From Octopus vulgaris (Eukaryota), in the NCBI GenBank assembly GCA_951406725.2, contig OX597821.1, positions 103,292,001 through 103,356,000 of the forward strand: 64,000 nucleotides of DNA. Direction: 5' to 3'. Every line of letters starts with the position of its first letter. Positions within the stretch are counted from its first letter, which is position 1. The translations under genes and the position numbers were made by a program. Of the stretch, positions 26,153 to 39,639 are shown piece after piece. The notes below the pieces were generated by a model. It worked only from the letters and a program-made list of their open reading frames with translations. It searched no databases and was not told the origin of the DNA.

Positions 26153-27621
26153 TATACGATATGTATGTTTACATGTGTGTACAGATGTATAATGTAATTT
26201 CTCTCTCTCTCTCTCGCACACACACCCACCCACACATACACACACATTGAATATTTCGACCAATAACGTAGTCCAATATTATAAAAGCTAATCAAGGAGG
26301 TAGTTTGTTGCATCTATGTATTAACAATAGACATACACACGATTGCCTTCGATTAGGCACATTGTTCGTGATATACCAAATGGGATTTATGGATAATGAA
26401 GTTAGTACGTAGCAGAGTTATAGGAAGAGAAAGACAATGTGTCCTACCGTCGCTTTATGAAGTAAGAATTTATTGTGACAACACAACAATTAGATCTCTA
26501 CTCTAATGCAGCTCCCGGTTCACTTTATATCATATGACACAAAACGACTTAGTTTTATGAGGCAACGCGGATTCTCAACTTGGCATTCGACCTGGTAAAA
26601 TTAACAGCTAAATTTCACTCATGTAATAACCTGTCATCTCAGAAAAAAAAAAGAGAGTAGAAATGAAAAGAAATACACTAATACAACATTGTATTAGGTA
26701 ATTTTAAGCTTAAAGAAAAAGATGAGGCTGTCAAAACTTAAATGACTTTACTTTGAGACCTATTGTATCAGAAATGTTCTGAGTTTATTATATTTTTCTG
26801 AGTAAATATTGGAATTAAATACTATGATATGCTTTGATTTTCTCTTTCACTCATTGGACTATGCTAGGGCTCTACATTGGATGGGTTAATCGTGCAAATC
26901 GACCTCGGGACTAAATTTTTAAAACCTAGTACTACCACGCAGTTTCCGTCTATCAGATACACTTACGGTGGTGTGGAGAGCGGAGGCTGGTATGCATGGG
27001 CAACTGATGGCCTTCTATAAACAAGCTTGCCCGGTCTTATGCCTCGGAGGGTAACATTCTAGGTGCAACCTGATGGTCATTCATATCAGATGCCATAATT
27101 GAAGAAACTTGCTTAAAATGCTGCGTTGTGGGACTGACACAAAAACACGTGACTCGGAAGCGATCTTCTTTATCACGCAACCATTTCTGCGCCTAGATGA
27201 AAATTTAGGGAAATGAAATAGCGTCGGAAGGATAGGATTGAAACCACCTCACGATCTTGCTTTAATGTTAGATTACATTGAGTAAAAGACGATTAACCCT
27301 CTGTCGTTGATACATCTTGGTGTACAATGTACATAAGGGATTTCTTTAATGGCTCTTTGTTGTATAAACGAATGTAACTGCTATATTTCATCGGCAGCAG
27401 CTTCAGAAGTGGTTGATTATAATTGCTATGATAAATAATGGATAAAAGTTGTTAAAAATTTTGCCAAAACAATTACTGAAAAATACGACTATATGCATGC
27501 ATTTTGTTAAATATTCGAATAATACAGTGTATTTATCAGAATAATATAAAATCTAAAAAGAATATTTCGTTTTTGGTTTTGGTTTGCAGGATCCTTTATA
27601 TGAGTTCGTATGTTGAAGCAT

Positions 27622-27778
27622 ATTCTGTTATGTCTGGGGAGAGTCATTAATTTAACACACTCACCGTTAAAATAAAAAAAATAAAAATAAAAATAAGAAA
27701 AAAGTGGAAATATAATCGGTGAGTGTGTTAAATTATAAGGCACAAAAAGAAAATGACTCTCCCCAGACATAACAGAAT
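27622..27778. mobile_element. Fold-back/MITE-like nested inverted repeat
   Basis: Perfect outer IR attctgttatgtctggggagagtcatt / aatgactctccccagacataacagaat and inner IR aatttaacacactcaccg / cggtgagtgtgttaaatt. Confidence 0.8.
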
Positions 27779-27844
27779 TAAAAAGAATATTTTTAACATA
27801 AAAAAAACTGCATTTTTCGATATTGTGATTAACCACCTACACCA

Positions 27845-29500
27845 CCTCTATGTTGTTTTTGTCCGAACAACATAAAATTGTTCGAGTGCAAATACATAAA
27901 TTTGGAAAATCAGATATATTCTACTCAATGATTAACGTCCAGATTTATTATCTGCAACTGTGGAAACCAATCGAACTAGAAACTGTAATTGCGTAAAGGT
28001 GAACCGAAGAGCCATGTCATGTTTATCTTCCATAACAATGTCGTCTTTAATCGCATCTTGATGGAAAAGAGATTATTTGAATTATTGTTCCATTACAAAG
28101 TCCATTATCCTTAGTTAAATTACGCAATAACATTACAAGATAACCCCTTTTTGCATATGAAAGGAACTGCAATGTTTGCAGCAGTTTAAAAACCTCATCA
28201 CTTAAGTGTGCATTTTCCATTCGTCATAAAAAGAACAAATGCTTTTTTCTTGGTCACTAATTCTACAACAAATATGTTAACATTTTTCTCATATATCAAC
28301 ACATATCATAGGGCATTATTGCGTGTGCTCTCCCGTTTTCACGCCAATTGCAAATAAACTTATAAGCATTGAGAAGCTCGATTTTACCTTCAGATTTCGG
28401 CCGTTTTCTCTCTTCACTAATAGGAAATAGAAAATCAGTTAATTCAATTCTTCAGTCGAATATTTTTGCTAACTTTCAGTTTAATCATCTTTTTCCAAAA
28501 TAAAGCACGAATCCCAGCTTTGTTTGTGACAATATTCTTGCCAGCTTTCTTTAAGGTAGTGAGCATTTATCGAAAACCGACTTAACACATTCTGGTATTT
28601 TCACCAAAACGTGAAAAACTTTTCAAAAGACCACAACGTTTGTGATCAACAGCATCATAAATATACCTCGACATCTGTAACTCTGGGATTAGTTTTATCT
28701 GTTTGCTGGTAGTATTAATTTTACAAACAAGATTCTTGATAATGGAAACTGAAATATGGAAAATTTAATGGACGGTAGAACCAGTTGTTGATACAACAGT
28801 GAAAACGTGTTGATTCAAACCTGTTACTGTATAATAATGTATTCGATTGAAATGTCTTTCCAGAAACGTCAGGACCATCAAGAACGAAAATGTTTGAATT
28901 TGTGTTATTGCTTTGTATTCATCAAAATCCAAAAGCATTTTGCTGCTCTTAGTTCAGGCTTCCGTTTTTGTCGAATGCTTTTGTAGGTTGACAACAGTAA
29001 AGTCTGGAAGTGATTAAACATTTTTGATACATCTAATACTTAGAAAATCGAGAGCTGAGCTGCTCTAACTGTTTATTATTATCCTCATCATAAACATCTG
29101 CCGTTAGTAAATTGTTGATTAGATAAATTCTGATTTTGAAAGAATGTAAATTTATATGAGACTTCATAAAATAGCAATATTGAATTAAATAAATCTCGAC
29201 TTTTAGACGAAAATCATGTTCCAAATTCTGTAACATAATTCACGTCTGTTTTAGATACAGATTTTAAAAAGTCCAGCTGGAAAGTTGCTTTCTTGTATTT
29301 TTCACTTGATGCCCTTCACCCCTACAAGTTTCACCTCCTTAAACGAGGATAGCCACAAATTCATGTATTAAAATTATAAACGGAAGATAATTTTCAGTAT
29401 CTAGGGGACTCATCGAGTATATTTTCTAGTTGACTTTTCACATATTTACAATGCGGAAGAATCTGGTACGTACAAATCTCTCCCCTGTTGCGATTCAAAT
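27845..29500 (-). pseudogene. Fossil Helitron RepHel (Pif1-family helicase and preceding linker), heavily decayed
   Basis: Hand translation of the - strand gives Walker A IFVLDGPDVSGKTF (~28851-28890), FGENTRMC*VGFR*ML (FGGK..GDFRQxLP) and VMLLRNLTKDNGLCNGT (~28088-28140). Then FTFTQLQFLVRLVSTVADNKSGR*SL...VFALEQFYVV (QFPVRLAFAMTINKSQGQSL...VFSHGQLYVA). All motifs are in the correct order. Confidence 0.88.
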
Positions 29501-29754
29501 ATCTATATGCATTAAAAAGCCAATTTAAATTTAAAATTTTTGTCGGTTTTTGTATGGAACAACAAACATTAAAGTCTATTATATTTTAATATTTAGCGAA
29601 AGATGACCCGTCCTTTCCACACATAGATTGCCCTCGGAACCATGTAGCCGGAAAGGAAACTTCTTACGGAAAGCAAACGTCTTACAGTCACGCCTGCGTC
29701 TATAAATATCCATATTAATTTTGTAAAATAAATTTGAACAAAGTACTTCATAGA

Positions 29755-30148
29755 TACTCTTTTACTTGTTTCAGTCATTTGACTGCGACCATGCTGGAGC
29801 ACCGTCTTTAGTCAAGCAAATCGACCCCGGGACTTACTATTTGTAAGCCAAGTACTTATTCTATCGGTTTCTTTTGCTGAACCGCTAAGTGACGGGGACA
29901 TAAACACACAAGCATCGGTTGTCGAGCAATGCTAGGGGACAAACACAGACACAGAAACATACATACACACATATATATATACATATGTACGACGGGTTTC
30001 TTTCAATTTCCGTCTACCAAACCCACTCACAAGGCTTTGGTCGGCCAGAGGCTACAGTAGAAGACACTTGCCCAAGGTGTCACGCAGTGGGACTGAACCC
30101 GGAACCATGTGATTGGTAAGCAAGCTACTTACCACACAGCCACTCCTG
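29755..30148 (-). mobile_element. SINE family B, full length
   Basis: Matches the family B consensus. Confidence 0.92.
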
Positions 30149-30662
30149 GACAAAAAATATGATAAACATAAGTGTACATCACTTGTTCCGCGAGTATGTT
30201 TCCCCATTGTGCTTGTTCGCAAGTGCAATTTGGTGCTGAACCACGACACATCATCAAGGGAACACTTTATTGCATTAACTTACAGAGATCAAGTTTTAAA
30301 ACTACCTGCACGCATCAGATTTACGCAGTTCATATCTAAAACAACTATAAACATCTGAATTACAAGAAGCTCAGACAAAGCTGCTTAAAGATGAACAGCT
30401 GGTTGCTTCTTGTTAATAAATGCTTCGGTGGCCTAAAGTCCCCATAGTATCAGAACGATAATAGTAAACAATGACATTAAAAGATAACATGAAAGGGACC
30501 TCTGTTGTAAAGCTACCAAATTGCTAATAAATAAGGAAGACAGATAATTCCAAAGTATTTTCATTCTTTTGATGTCGCAAATAATATATGTATATATATG
30601 TATGTGTGTGTATGTATGTAAATATATATATATATGTATATATGTATATACATGTGAAGGCG

Positions 30663-30726
<64 letters not shown>

Positions 30727-30756
30727 ATATATATGTATGTATATATGTATATACAT

Positions 30757-31165
30757 GTGGTCAGGGCAGCGGACTCGCGGTTGTTGGATCGCGGTTTCGA
30801 TTCCCAGACCGGGAAATCGACTCCAGGACTTATTCATTATAAGCCTAGTACTTACTCTATCGGTCTCTTTTTCCGAACCGCTAAGTTATGGGAACGTAAA
30901 CACACCACCATCGATTGTTGAGCGACGTTGGAGGAACAAACACAGACACACAGACTTATACACACACAACACACACACACACGCACACACATACAAATAT
31001 ATATATATATATATACGACGGGCTTCTTTCAGTTTCCGTCTACCAAATCCACTCACAAGGCTTTGGTCGGCCCGAAGCTTTATTGTAGAAGACACTTGCC
31101 CAAGGTGCCACGCGGTGGGAATGAACCCGGAACCATGTGGTTCGTAAGCAAGCTACTTAGCACAG
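30757..31165 (-). mobile_element. SINE family B (-) fused to a short SINE family D head fragment (+, 30757-30812)
   Basis: gtggtcagggcagcggactcgcgg...ttcgattcccagaccggg abuts the family B tail. Confidence 0.82.
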
Positions 31166-31697
31166 AGATAGCTGAGGGAATAACAGACAATGTACATTCT
31201 ACAGAAAGGATTGAGGAAAGAAAACAAGAGAGAAAGAAAGACATGTCTAGAGCAATGGTTTCACACACACACACGCATACAGAGTTATTCATTCTTAAAA
31301 TTACACGCGTACCTTGATACCACATAACCCTTAACGCGCTCGATTATCTACAGACTATTGCGGGTTAAAACAATTGAAAATATTTACATCTTCAGTTACA
31401 CGACATCATTTCAGACTAATAAAACATTTGACCGAGTCTAATTATGCAAATATGTTAATTATGGAATGTTCCGGTAAAACGTGATGGCAGATTGATTTTT
31501 GGCAAATGATGCCAGCGCGAAGATATTCATGATCATTTGTTTTATTTATTTCATTTTAGTAATTTCAAATGATGTACGATTTGATAATAATTAGATTGTG
31601 TAATGATCATATTTATTCGCCATTATCTCGAATAATTATTTCATTTAGTTATGTAATTGGCATGTCAATTCTAATTTTTAATTACTATCGCATATGC

Positions 31698-32128
31698 CCA
31701 TCATCATCATCATCATCTACATCATAATTATTATCATCATCAACATCATTATCATCGTCGTCGTCATCATCATCATCATCATCATCATCATTATCATCGT
31801 CATCATCATTGTCATCATCATCATCATCATCATAATCATTACCATCATCATCATCACCACCATTATCATCACCATCATCACCATCATCATCATCATCATC
31901 ATCATCATCGTCGTCGTTATCATCATCATCGTCATCATCATCACCGTCATCATCATTACCATCATCATCATCATCATCATCATCGTCGTCGTCGTCGTCA
32001 TCATCATCATCATCATCATCACCAAGATCAGTTATTGTTATCTTCAACGTCATCACCATCATCCTTATGATGATGATGATCCTCGTCGTCGTCGTCGTCG
32101 TCGTAATCGTAAACGTTATCATTATTGT
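31698..32128. repeat. (CAT)n/(CGT)n microsatellite
   Basis: Directly visible. Confidence 0.96.
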
Positions 32129-32528
32129 GTTTTTTAATTAGTTCGAAACACTAACGAGAGCCGTAGAAATTTCATATTTTCATAAATGTTCGCAGTTTTA
32201 ATTTAATGAACATATTCACGGATGTTCGTAGCATTGTCCCGGTAGTATCTTTGATTTCGTTCCACAGTTATATTCGTTGTATGCGTAACGCTCGAATACA
32301 CGTCACAGCAACAACAGCAACAACAACAATAACGACAACAACAATAACAACAACAACAATAACAATAATGTCTGGATGTTGACTGTCTCCCACGATAATT
32401 AACAACCAAGCATCAAAGCTTATAAAGTGCGGAAAGCGACTCGGCGAGACCTCTTACAACAGAATCTCACAGAATCAATCAGAGTAAACAAGACGGAGCG
32501 CTCTGAGATGTAAAACAACAGCAAGAGT

Positions 32529-32722
32529 GGAGGCGCAATGGCCCAGTGGTTTCGGCAGCGGACTCATGGTCGTAAGAACGCGGTTTCGATTCCCAGACCG
32601 GGCATTGTGAGTGTTGATTGAGTAAAAACACCTAAGCTCCACGAGGTTCTGGCTGGGGGTGGGTTGTGAACGCCGCTGTACTCTTTCACCACGACTTTCA
32701 CTCTTTCTTCCTACTTCTGCCA
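32529..32722 (+). mobile_element. SINE family D (tRNA-like head GGCGCAATGGCCCAGTGG...GGTTTCGATTCC), truncated
   Basis: Homologous to 38268-38535 and 42317-42595. Confidence 0.85.
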
Positions 32723-33013
32723 CAAAGCAGAGGAACGATGGTGTAACCCACTATGGTGTGGTAAACTTTCAGACCCTAGTCTAGATTGCGAATTCTCTGT
32801 ACCCCAGGACGGTTCAACTCTCCATCCGTTAAAAGCCACCGTTTACAGAATGAGGATAACAACGTGCAATCGCCAGTCTATCCCGTGTAGTGGGTGGATC
32901 TTCAAGTTGCTACACACATTCTTAGTAGCTTAGAATAGGCTCGAATTTGAGATTATTCCTTGTGGCTAATGGCGTGAGTCCTGATTGGAAGAAGAAGAAT
33001 AACAACAACAACA

Positions 33014-33515
33014 GGCTCCCATGGCTTCTGAATAACTGATTGAAAGTGTTATTATGTAATGCTTTGTCTTGGTATAAAAGATGGGCTACAACAAATATTC
33101 TGCTCAATACCGCAGATTTGATTGTCAGTTGTTTGACCTTAACAAGTTGAGTTTGTCCTTTGGTCGCTGACGACATGTGCATCTCTGATCACGAGCAGAA
33201 GTAGTGGGGGGGGGGGAGGGAGGCATCATAGCCATGTGTTAAGAGGAATTCCATGAAGTTTGAATGATTCACATCTGGAAACAGGTCTGTTCAATATCCT
33301 TAAACAACCCTTGTTCAAGGATCAATCGAGCGGGATGGGCTACTCGACCTGGGCCCCATCTGCAAGGTCATGTGCTGTTTATCGTGATATGAGATCATCA
33401 TGTCGAGCACATATGGTTGTGATGCATCAGTCGGGGCGTTATGATGGGTATACCGGGCTGTACATATTTTACCCCAGTGTCGTTTTGATGGCATGCGCTG
33501 CTATCTCACTCACTC
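33014..33515 (+). mobile_element. Second copy of the TAA-tailed non-coding retroposon (see 818-1401), slightly 5'-truncated
   Basis: Reverse-complement match to 818-1380 with internal deletions; followed by (AAT)n 33516-33610. Confidence 0.8.
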
Positions 33516-33604
<89 letters not shown>

Positions 33605-33611
33605 TAATTAT

Positions 33612-34062
33612 TTCTTTTACTTTTACTTGTTTCAGTCATTTAACTGCGGCCATGCTAGAGCACCGCCCTTAGTCGAGCAAATCGACCCCAGAGCGTATTC
33701 TGTGTAAGCCTAGTACTTATTCTATCAGTATCTTTTGCCGAACCGCTAAGTTACGGGGACGTAAACACACCAGCATCGGTTGTCAAGCGATATTGGGGGG
33801 GGGGGAGAAACACAGACACAAACACACACACACATACGTACATACACATACACACACACACATACACACACATATATATATATATATACACATGTACGAC
33901 GGGCTTCTTCCAGTTTCCGTCTACCAAATCCACTCAGAATGCTTTGGTCGGTCCGAGGCTATAGTAGAAGACAGTTGCCCAATGTGCCACGCGGTGGGAC
34001 TGAACACATAACCATGTGGTTGGTAAGCAAGCTACTTGCCACACAGTCACTCCAGCGCCTAT
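33612..34062 (-). mobile_element. SINE family B, full length
   Basis: Matches the family B consensus. Confidence 0.92.
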
Positions 34063-34440
34063 ACCAATAATAATAATAGTCCTTTATCTCTACGCACAAT
34101 GCATGAATGTTTATGAGTGCTGGGGCCAATCGATTACATCGACTTCATTGCTGAACTAGTACTTACTTCATCCATATCAAAATGGCAACAGGCAAGATCG
34201 ACCATGGCGAAATTTGAGCCCAGACCATAATATGCCGGAAGAAATTACGTTAAAAATTTTGTTCGGTTTACGATTCTGCCGGTTCACTGCCTTACCACTG
34301 CAACTAATGATAGAGATTCTTAGTTTTCTTTGTGTTTCGGAACAATATTTATTGACGTGTCTTACTACAACTTTCGTAACAAAAACAGAAATATCAGCGA
34401 CATGTTACGTAAGCATACACAAACGTCCCTTTTCATGTAC

Positions 34441-34480
<40 letters not shown>

Positions 34481-35014
34481 GCACGAATATAAAATTCTTG
34501 GACGGGCTTCAGTTTTTGTACTGCTGCCATGCAATAACACCACGCCACCATAGCCGCATTACAAAGACAGAATTGAGTACAAGAATATTAAAGTCAACCT
34601 GTAGTAGTTATTAAAATTTGAATTCAAGTGCCAATTACATAATTAAATAAAAATAATTATACGCGATAATGACGAAAGAATATCTTAATTATACAATATA
34701 ATTATAATTAAATCAAGCATTATTTAAAATTAAAGAACATAATTACAAGCATATATGCGGTACCAGTTGCCAAAATCGATATGGCGACATGTTTACTGGA
34801 ATATTCGAAGTCACTCTATCAAGGCATCACACAAAGCAATCGACCTCGCTGTCATACCGGTGCGAAGCAATTTTGTTTACAATAAAGCTAAGGCTGTCTC
34901 GTGCGCGCGTGCGTAGGTGTCTGTGTACGTATGTGGTAAGGCGTGTAAGATTGTTTTTGATGGTAAGTTCTCGATCTTAAGTTCGTGCTTTCCATTTCCG
35001 AACTAAACTATATA

Positions 35015-35116
<102 letters not shown>

Positions 35117-35224
35117 AAAAATAGGATAAAATCATTATAAGAATTTATGAAGTAGTTAGCGTGAAAAACCTCATAAGTGAAAAATCCATCAATTTTTTTC
35201 TCTTAAATAATTTTACTTATATTG

Positions 35225-35406
35225 AGGGCATTACTATACATAAATGCCACACGCTAGGAAGGACTGGATATGCAGCTGAATTCTGTTTTTAAGTGGCTCA
35301 CTTCGAGCGTTGCATTCCCTCGTATTCGGTACTATGTGTTTATTTATTCTGGTAGTTTTGACTTTAAGAATCCCTCCTAGCGTGTGGCATTTATGTATAG
35401 TAATGT

Positions 35407-35409
<3 letters not shown>
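35225..35409. repeat. 39-bp inverted repeat element between (TA)n tracts
   Basis: agggcattactatacataaatgccacacgctaggaagga (35225-35263) vs tccctcctagcgtgtggcatttatgtatagtaatgtcct (35371-35409). Confidence 0.85.
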
Positions 35410-35446
<37 letters not shown>

Positions 35447-35551
35447 CAATTGCAGCATGGAAGGTGTTTGTAAGCCATTTAAGAACACACAAAAGCCGTT
35501 CGATTCACATCAAAATTTAAGTTTAATTTGCTATGGAAGTACATCTCCGTA

Positions 35552-35583
<32 letters not shown>

Positions 35584-35681
35584 GTAGAAAATAGTAAAAA
35601 GTGAAAAAACTACAGAAGGCTTGTTTTAAAAGGTTAAAAAATATATATTTGAGTCACTATGTCTGAAGAATGTATGTATAT

Positions 35682-35878
35682 AGGGAGAATTCACAAAAAA
35701 ACAAACAAACAAAAGCCGAAGACAGGTGGTGTAGACAGCAAATAGATGTATTAGTATAACGCTCGGCAAGTGAAAAAGTGTTTAACGTTTCCAGCCTACG
35801 GTCTTCCACAGAAGGGAACACGGAAAGAAACAAGGAGAGAAAATAAAGCATGTGTAGTGGCTAGCGATCTATCATATA
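35682..35878 (-). mobile_element. Family G TA-embedded repeat with degenerate hammerhead-like motif
   Basis: Minus strand: ctt-CTGTGGA-agaccgtaggctg-GAAA-CG-TT-aaac; homologous to 24180-24350. Confidence 0.55.
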
Positions 35879-35890
35879 TATATATATATA

Positions 35891-36122
35891 TTCTTTTCTG
35901 GTTTTAGTTACTTAACTTCTTACTCTGCAGAAATATCTTGATTCTAAAAATCATACAAAGCCCCAGCGTAGCAATGCAGATAACAAAAACATTACATTTT
36001 AAACTTGAGAAACGTCTTGCATATTTTTACTGTTCCATTTATAAATTGTATTTGTAACGTGCAAATCAGGTGGTTGATTTCTTTTACTGAAAAACCTGGC
36101 TCATCCAGATTGTCACTTAAGC

Positions 36123-36153
<31 letters not shown>

Positions 36154-36491
36154 TGTATGTATGTATGTATGTATGTATGTATGTATGTGTAGATTTTATA
36201 TGTATGTGTAGATTTGTATGTTTGTGTAGATTTGTATGTTTTATATATATATATATATATTCTTTTCTGGTTTTAGTTACTTAACTTCTTACTCTGCAGA
36301 AATATCTTGATTCTAAAAATCATACAAAGCCCTAGCGTAGCAATGCAGATAACAAAAACATTACATTTTAAACTTGAGAAACGTCTTGCATATTTTTACT
36401 GTTCCATTTATAAATTGTATTTGTAACGTGCAAATCAGGTGGTTGATTTCTTTTACTGAAAAACCTGGCTCATCCAGATTGTCACTTAAGC
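35891..36491 (-). mobile_element. Two tandem (369-bp period) 3'-end fragments of an RLE non-LTR retrotransposon
   Basis: Minus strand: SDNLDEPGFSVKEINHLICTLQIQFINGTVKICKTFLKFKM*, homologous to the C-terminus at ~40410-40538. Near-identical duplicates, each abutting (TATG)n. Confidence 0.85.
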
Positions 36492-36522
<31 letters not shown>

Positions 36523-36580
36523 TGTATGTATGTATGTATGTATGTATGTATGTATGTATGTATGTATGTATGTATGTATG

Positions 36581-36868
36581 TGTAGATTTTATATGTATGT
36601 GTAGATTTGTATGTTTTATATATATATATATTCTCATGCCTATAGTTGCATATCTAGATATGCTCATATATATTTAAATGTTAAACTTCTGGAAAGTTTT
36701 ACAGGTTTCTACAGTTCCTGTGATGGAATAAATCTGTAGTCTTCAAATTAGCTTTCTCCATTCTGATCCTGAGAAGTCCAGTTCCTCAAGATTTGTATTT
36801 AGGCAGTGTGTTACATAGCCCAGTGCCCCAATAATCACAGGTATAAACCTGAACTTGTAATCTGGATA
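36581..36868 (-). mobile_element. 3' fragment of RLE non-LTR retrotransposon in a (TATG)n tract
   Basis: Minus strand: PDYKFRFIPVIIGALGYVTHCLNTNLEELDFS..., followed by a 3' UTR matching ~42000-42085. Confidence 0.85.
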
Positions 36869-37736
36869 TGTATGTATGCATGTATATATGTGTATGTGTG
36901 TATGTATACGTACGCACGCAGGTATGCATGCATGTATACATGTATATGTATATATAAGTGTGTATGTATATATGTATATTTTTTACCGTTTATCTTTCAC
37001 TGGTTTCAGCTTGAGGTTGAGGCCATGCTGGAGCACCGTTCTTCAGTGTCACTGCATTTATTTTCTGGTGAAGTAGCGAATGTAATATTAATGTTTAATC
37101 GGCTTCAAACGCATATATGTATGGAATTTCTGTGTATGTATATATTTTTGGATGGCTACGCATGTGTGTGTTTGCACATATGATCATATTGTGTACGTTG
37201 CATCTACACACGCATCTATATATGCATATGTATTGATGTGAAAATCTTCATGCATAAATATACATAAAGCAATGAGCAATGAACGTATAATTGAATAGCA
37301 TTTAATATATAAAAGTAGATTATGATTGATATTTTCACACTGAAATACGAGGTCAGTACACACACGCGTACACACATATATACGCATGCACACAAAATGA
37401 ATATATATATTTTATCTGATTCACCAACACACCCGACTATATCATTATGAAAGTTTCCTTGATGTTTTAAAAGACTTTGCACTCTTTCTTTCTATATTCG
37501 GTTCGGAACTATTAAAATATTTTTGCATCTTAAATACTTGAGCTTCTATCCTACAAACATATATATTTATAAATATTTCACACTCAATTATATTTTGTAC
37601 TTACCATATCGCTTCACCTCAGGTTCATCTGAAAAATAGGCGAAAGAAAATTGAATGAGATAAGAAAGAAATTAGAATTTGCAAATATATACGCACGAAT
37701 ATACACTAGGACATATATATTAATTTTACCAAATAG

Positions 37737-37787
<51 letters not shown>

Positions 37788-37895
37788 TATAAGACGCTTC
37801 AGATTCACACACAGTAGGAATTGATAAATGCTTCAGTCTTTTATGATGAAATATATGCAAACGCGCGCGCGCACACATACATATGTATGTATATG

Positions 37896-37927
<32 letters not shown>

Positions 37928-37991
37928 ATGATAACACCAACAATAGTAAAAAAGTGATAATAACAAAAATGATTATAATGATGATGATGAT

Positions 37992-38038
<47 letters not shown>

Positions 38039-38204
38039 GGTTCATGAGAAGTGTTAAAATGATATCTACTCTATATACTTGCAGCTGTTTCGTAATTCGT
38101 TTTCGGTACAATCATGGCGGAGTGCTTAATATTCAGTTCTGTTTGGTCCTCTGAAAACATGTTACCAATTATTTGTATGTACGTAAGCATGTATGTATGG
38201 ATGG

Positions 38205-38267
<63 letters not shown>

Positions 38268-38270
<3 letters not shown>

Positions 38271-38535
38271 AAGAGCAATGACCCAATGGTTAAGGTAGCG
38301 GACTCGCGGTCTTAGGATCGCGGTTTCGATTCCCAGACTGGGCGTTGTGAGTGTTTATTGAGGGGAAAACATCTAAAGCTCCACGAACCTCCGGTTGGGG
38401 GTGTTGGTGAACCCTGCTGTACTCTTTCATCACAACCTTCTCTCACTCTTTCTTCCTGTTTCTGTTGTACCTGTATTTCAAAGGGCCAGCCTTGTCACAC
38501 TCTGTGTCACGCTGAATCTCTCCGAGAACTACATA
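38268..38535 (+). mobile_element. SINE family D
   Basis: tRNA-like head and body homologous to 32529-32722. Confidence 0.85.
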
Positions 38536-38542
38536 GGGAGTT

Positions 38543-38957
38543 AGTACCGTGACGACATTTTAGGACAGCTGCTAATCACGTTTGTGATGTCTTCCACAGA
38601 AACATAATATAGGATACACATGCGGTTGCACCTTGGCATTACACGAGTGTCACTGTCTTGTTCTTCTGGTACTTTGTGGCAATCTCCTGTCCCTGGATTG
38701 CAAACATATAGCCTTCAAAGTGTGATGTGATGTAAGATTCCTTGTGTCCAAGAGAGGCTGCCCTTCGTGTCAATTCTACTGACTTCTGGGCAACATACCA
38801 CTGAATAGTCTTTCTTTTTTTGTTGTAAGTAGGTATGTATGAATGTCATTGTTCAGTTTTATTTCAAGATTTCTTGCTGATAGAGAAAGAGTCGGTTTCT
38901 AGCCTTGATTCAACGCTCCTTCATTAAAATTTCATCATCAACAACAGAGTATTTTTG
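38543..38957 (-). mobile_element. RLE non-LTR fragments (zinc-knuckle region plus separate 3' UTR piece)
   Basis: Minus strand: SHFEGYMFAIQGQEIATKY and VEDITNVISSCPKMSSRY. 38846-38957 is the reverse complement of the 3' UTR at 42130-42237, followed by (TATG)n. Confidence 0.8.
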
Positions 38958-39639
38958 TATGTATGTATGTATGTATGTATGTATGTATGTATGTATGTAT
39001 GTATGTATGTATGTATGTATGTATGTATGCATGTATGCATAGACAGATAGATAGAATACATGCTACATTCATTACTTACAGAATACATTAGTTGAGTACA
39101 AGAATGTTGGTCAAAGCCTGTCTTAAAATGCCGTCGATTTTGATGGGACGGGTATACTAGTTAATATACCTTTTTTTTCTCCTTGCAGTGTTGAAATCGT
39201 GTTGCATTGAATATCTCATACGTTATACAACTGAGAACAAACATAATATCACAACTTAAAAAACAAAATTTTTCTATATTACTTCAGTTAATCGCCATTT
39301 ATGTCTATTTATTATTTTAAGAGGATTAAACTTCTACATGTCTGAGATTAATAGTTGTCAGTAAGATTAATATTACCCAAGCTGTTTACTTCATTTGGAG
39401 AGATGAAATATTTTAAATATTTATATCAACATTATATGTCGTTTTGTTTGGACTTTGATCACCACCAGGCTTTTTTTTCTTTTTATTCTTGGTTCCATAC
39501 TGATTACTATGCAGTCTCTGTGGAACTTTTTAAGTTATCTCCCGTTCGACATTCATGAAAACTTACGTAACGCATTAAAGTTAATAATTCAATTAAATAT
39601 ATCTGAGTGTGTTTTAACATATGTATATATCTATACATA

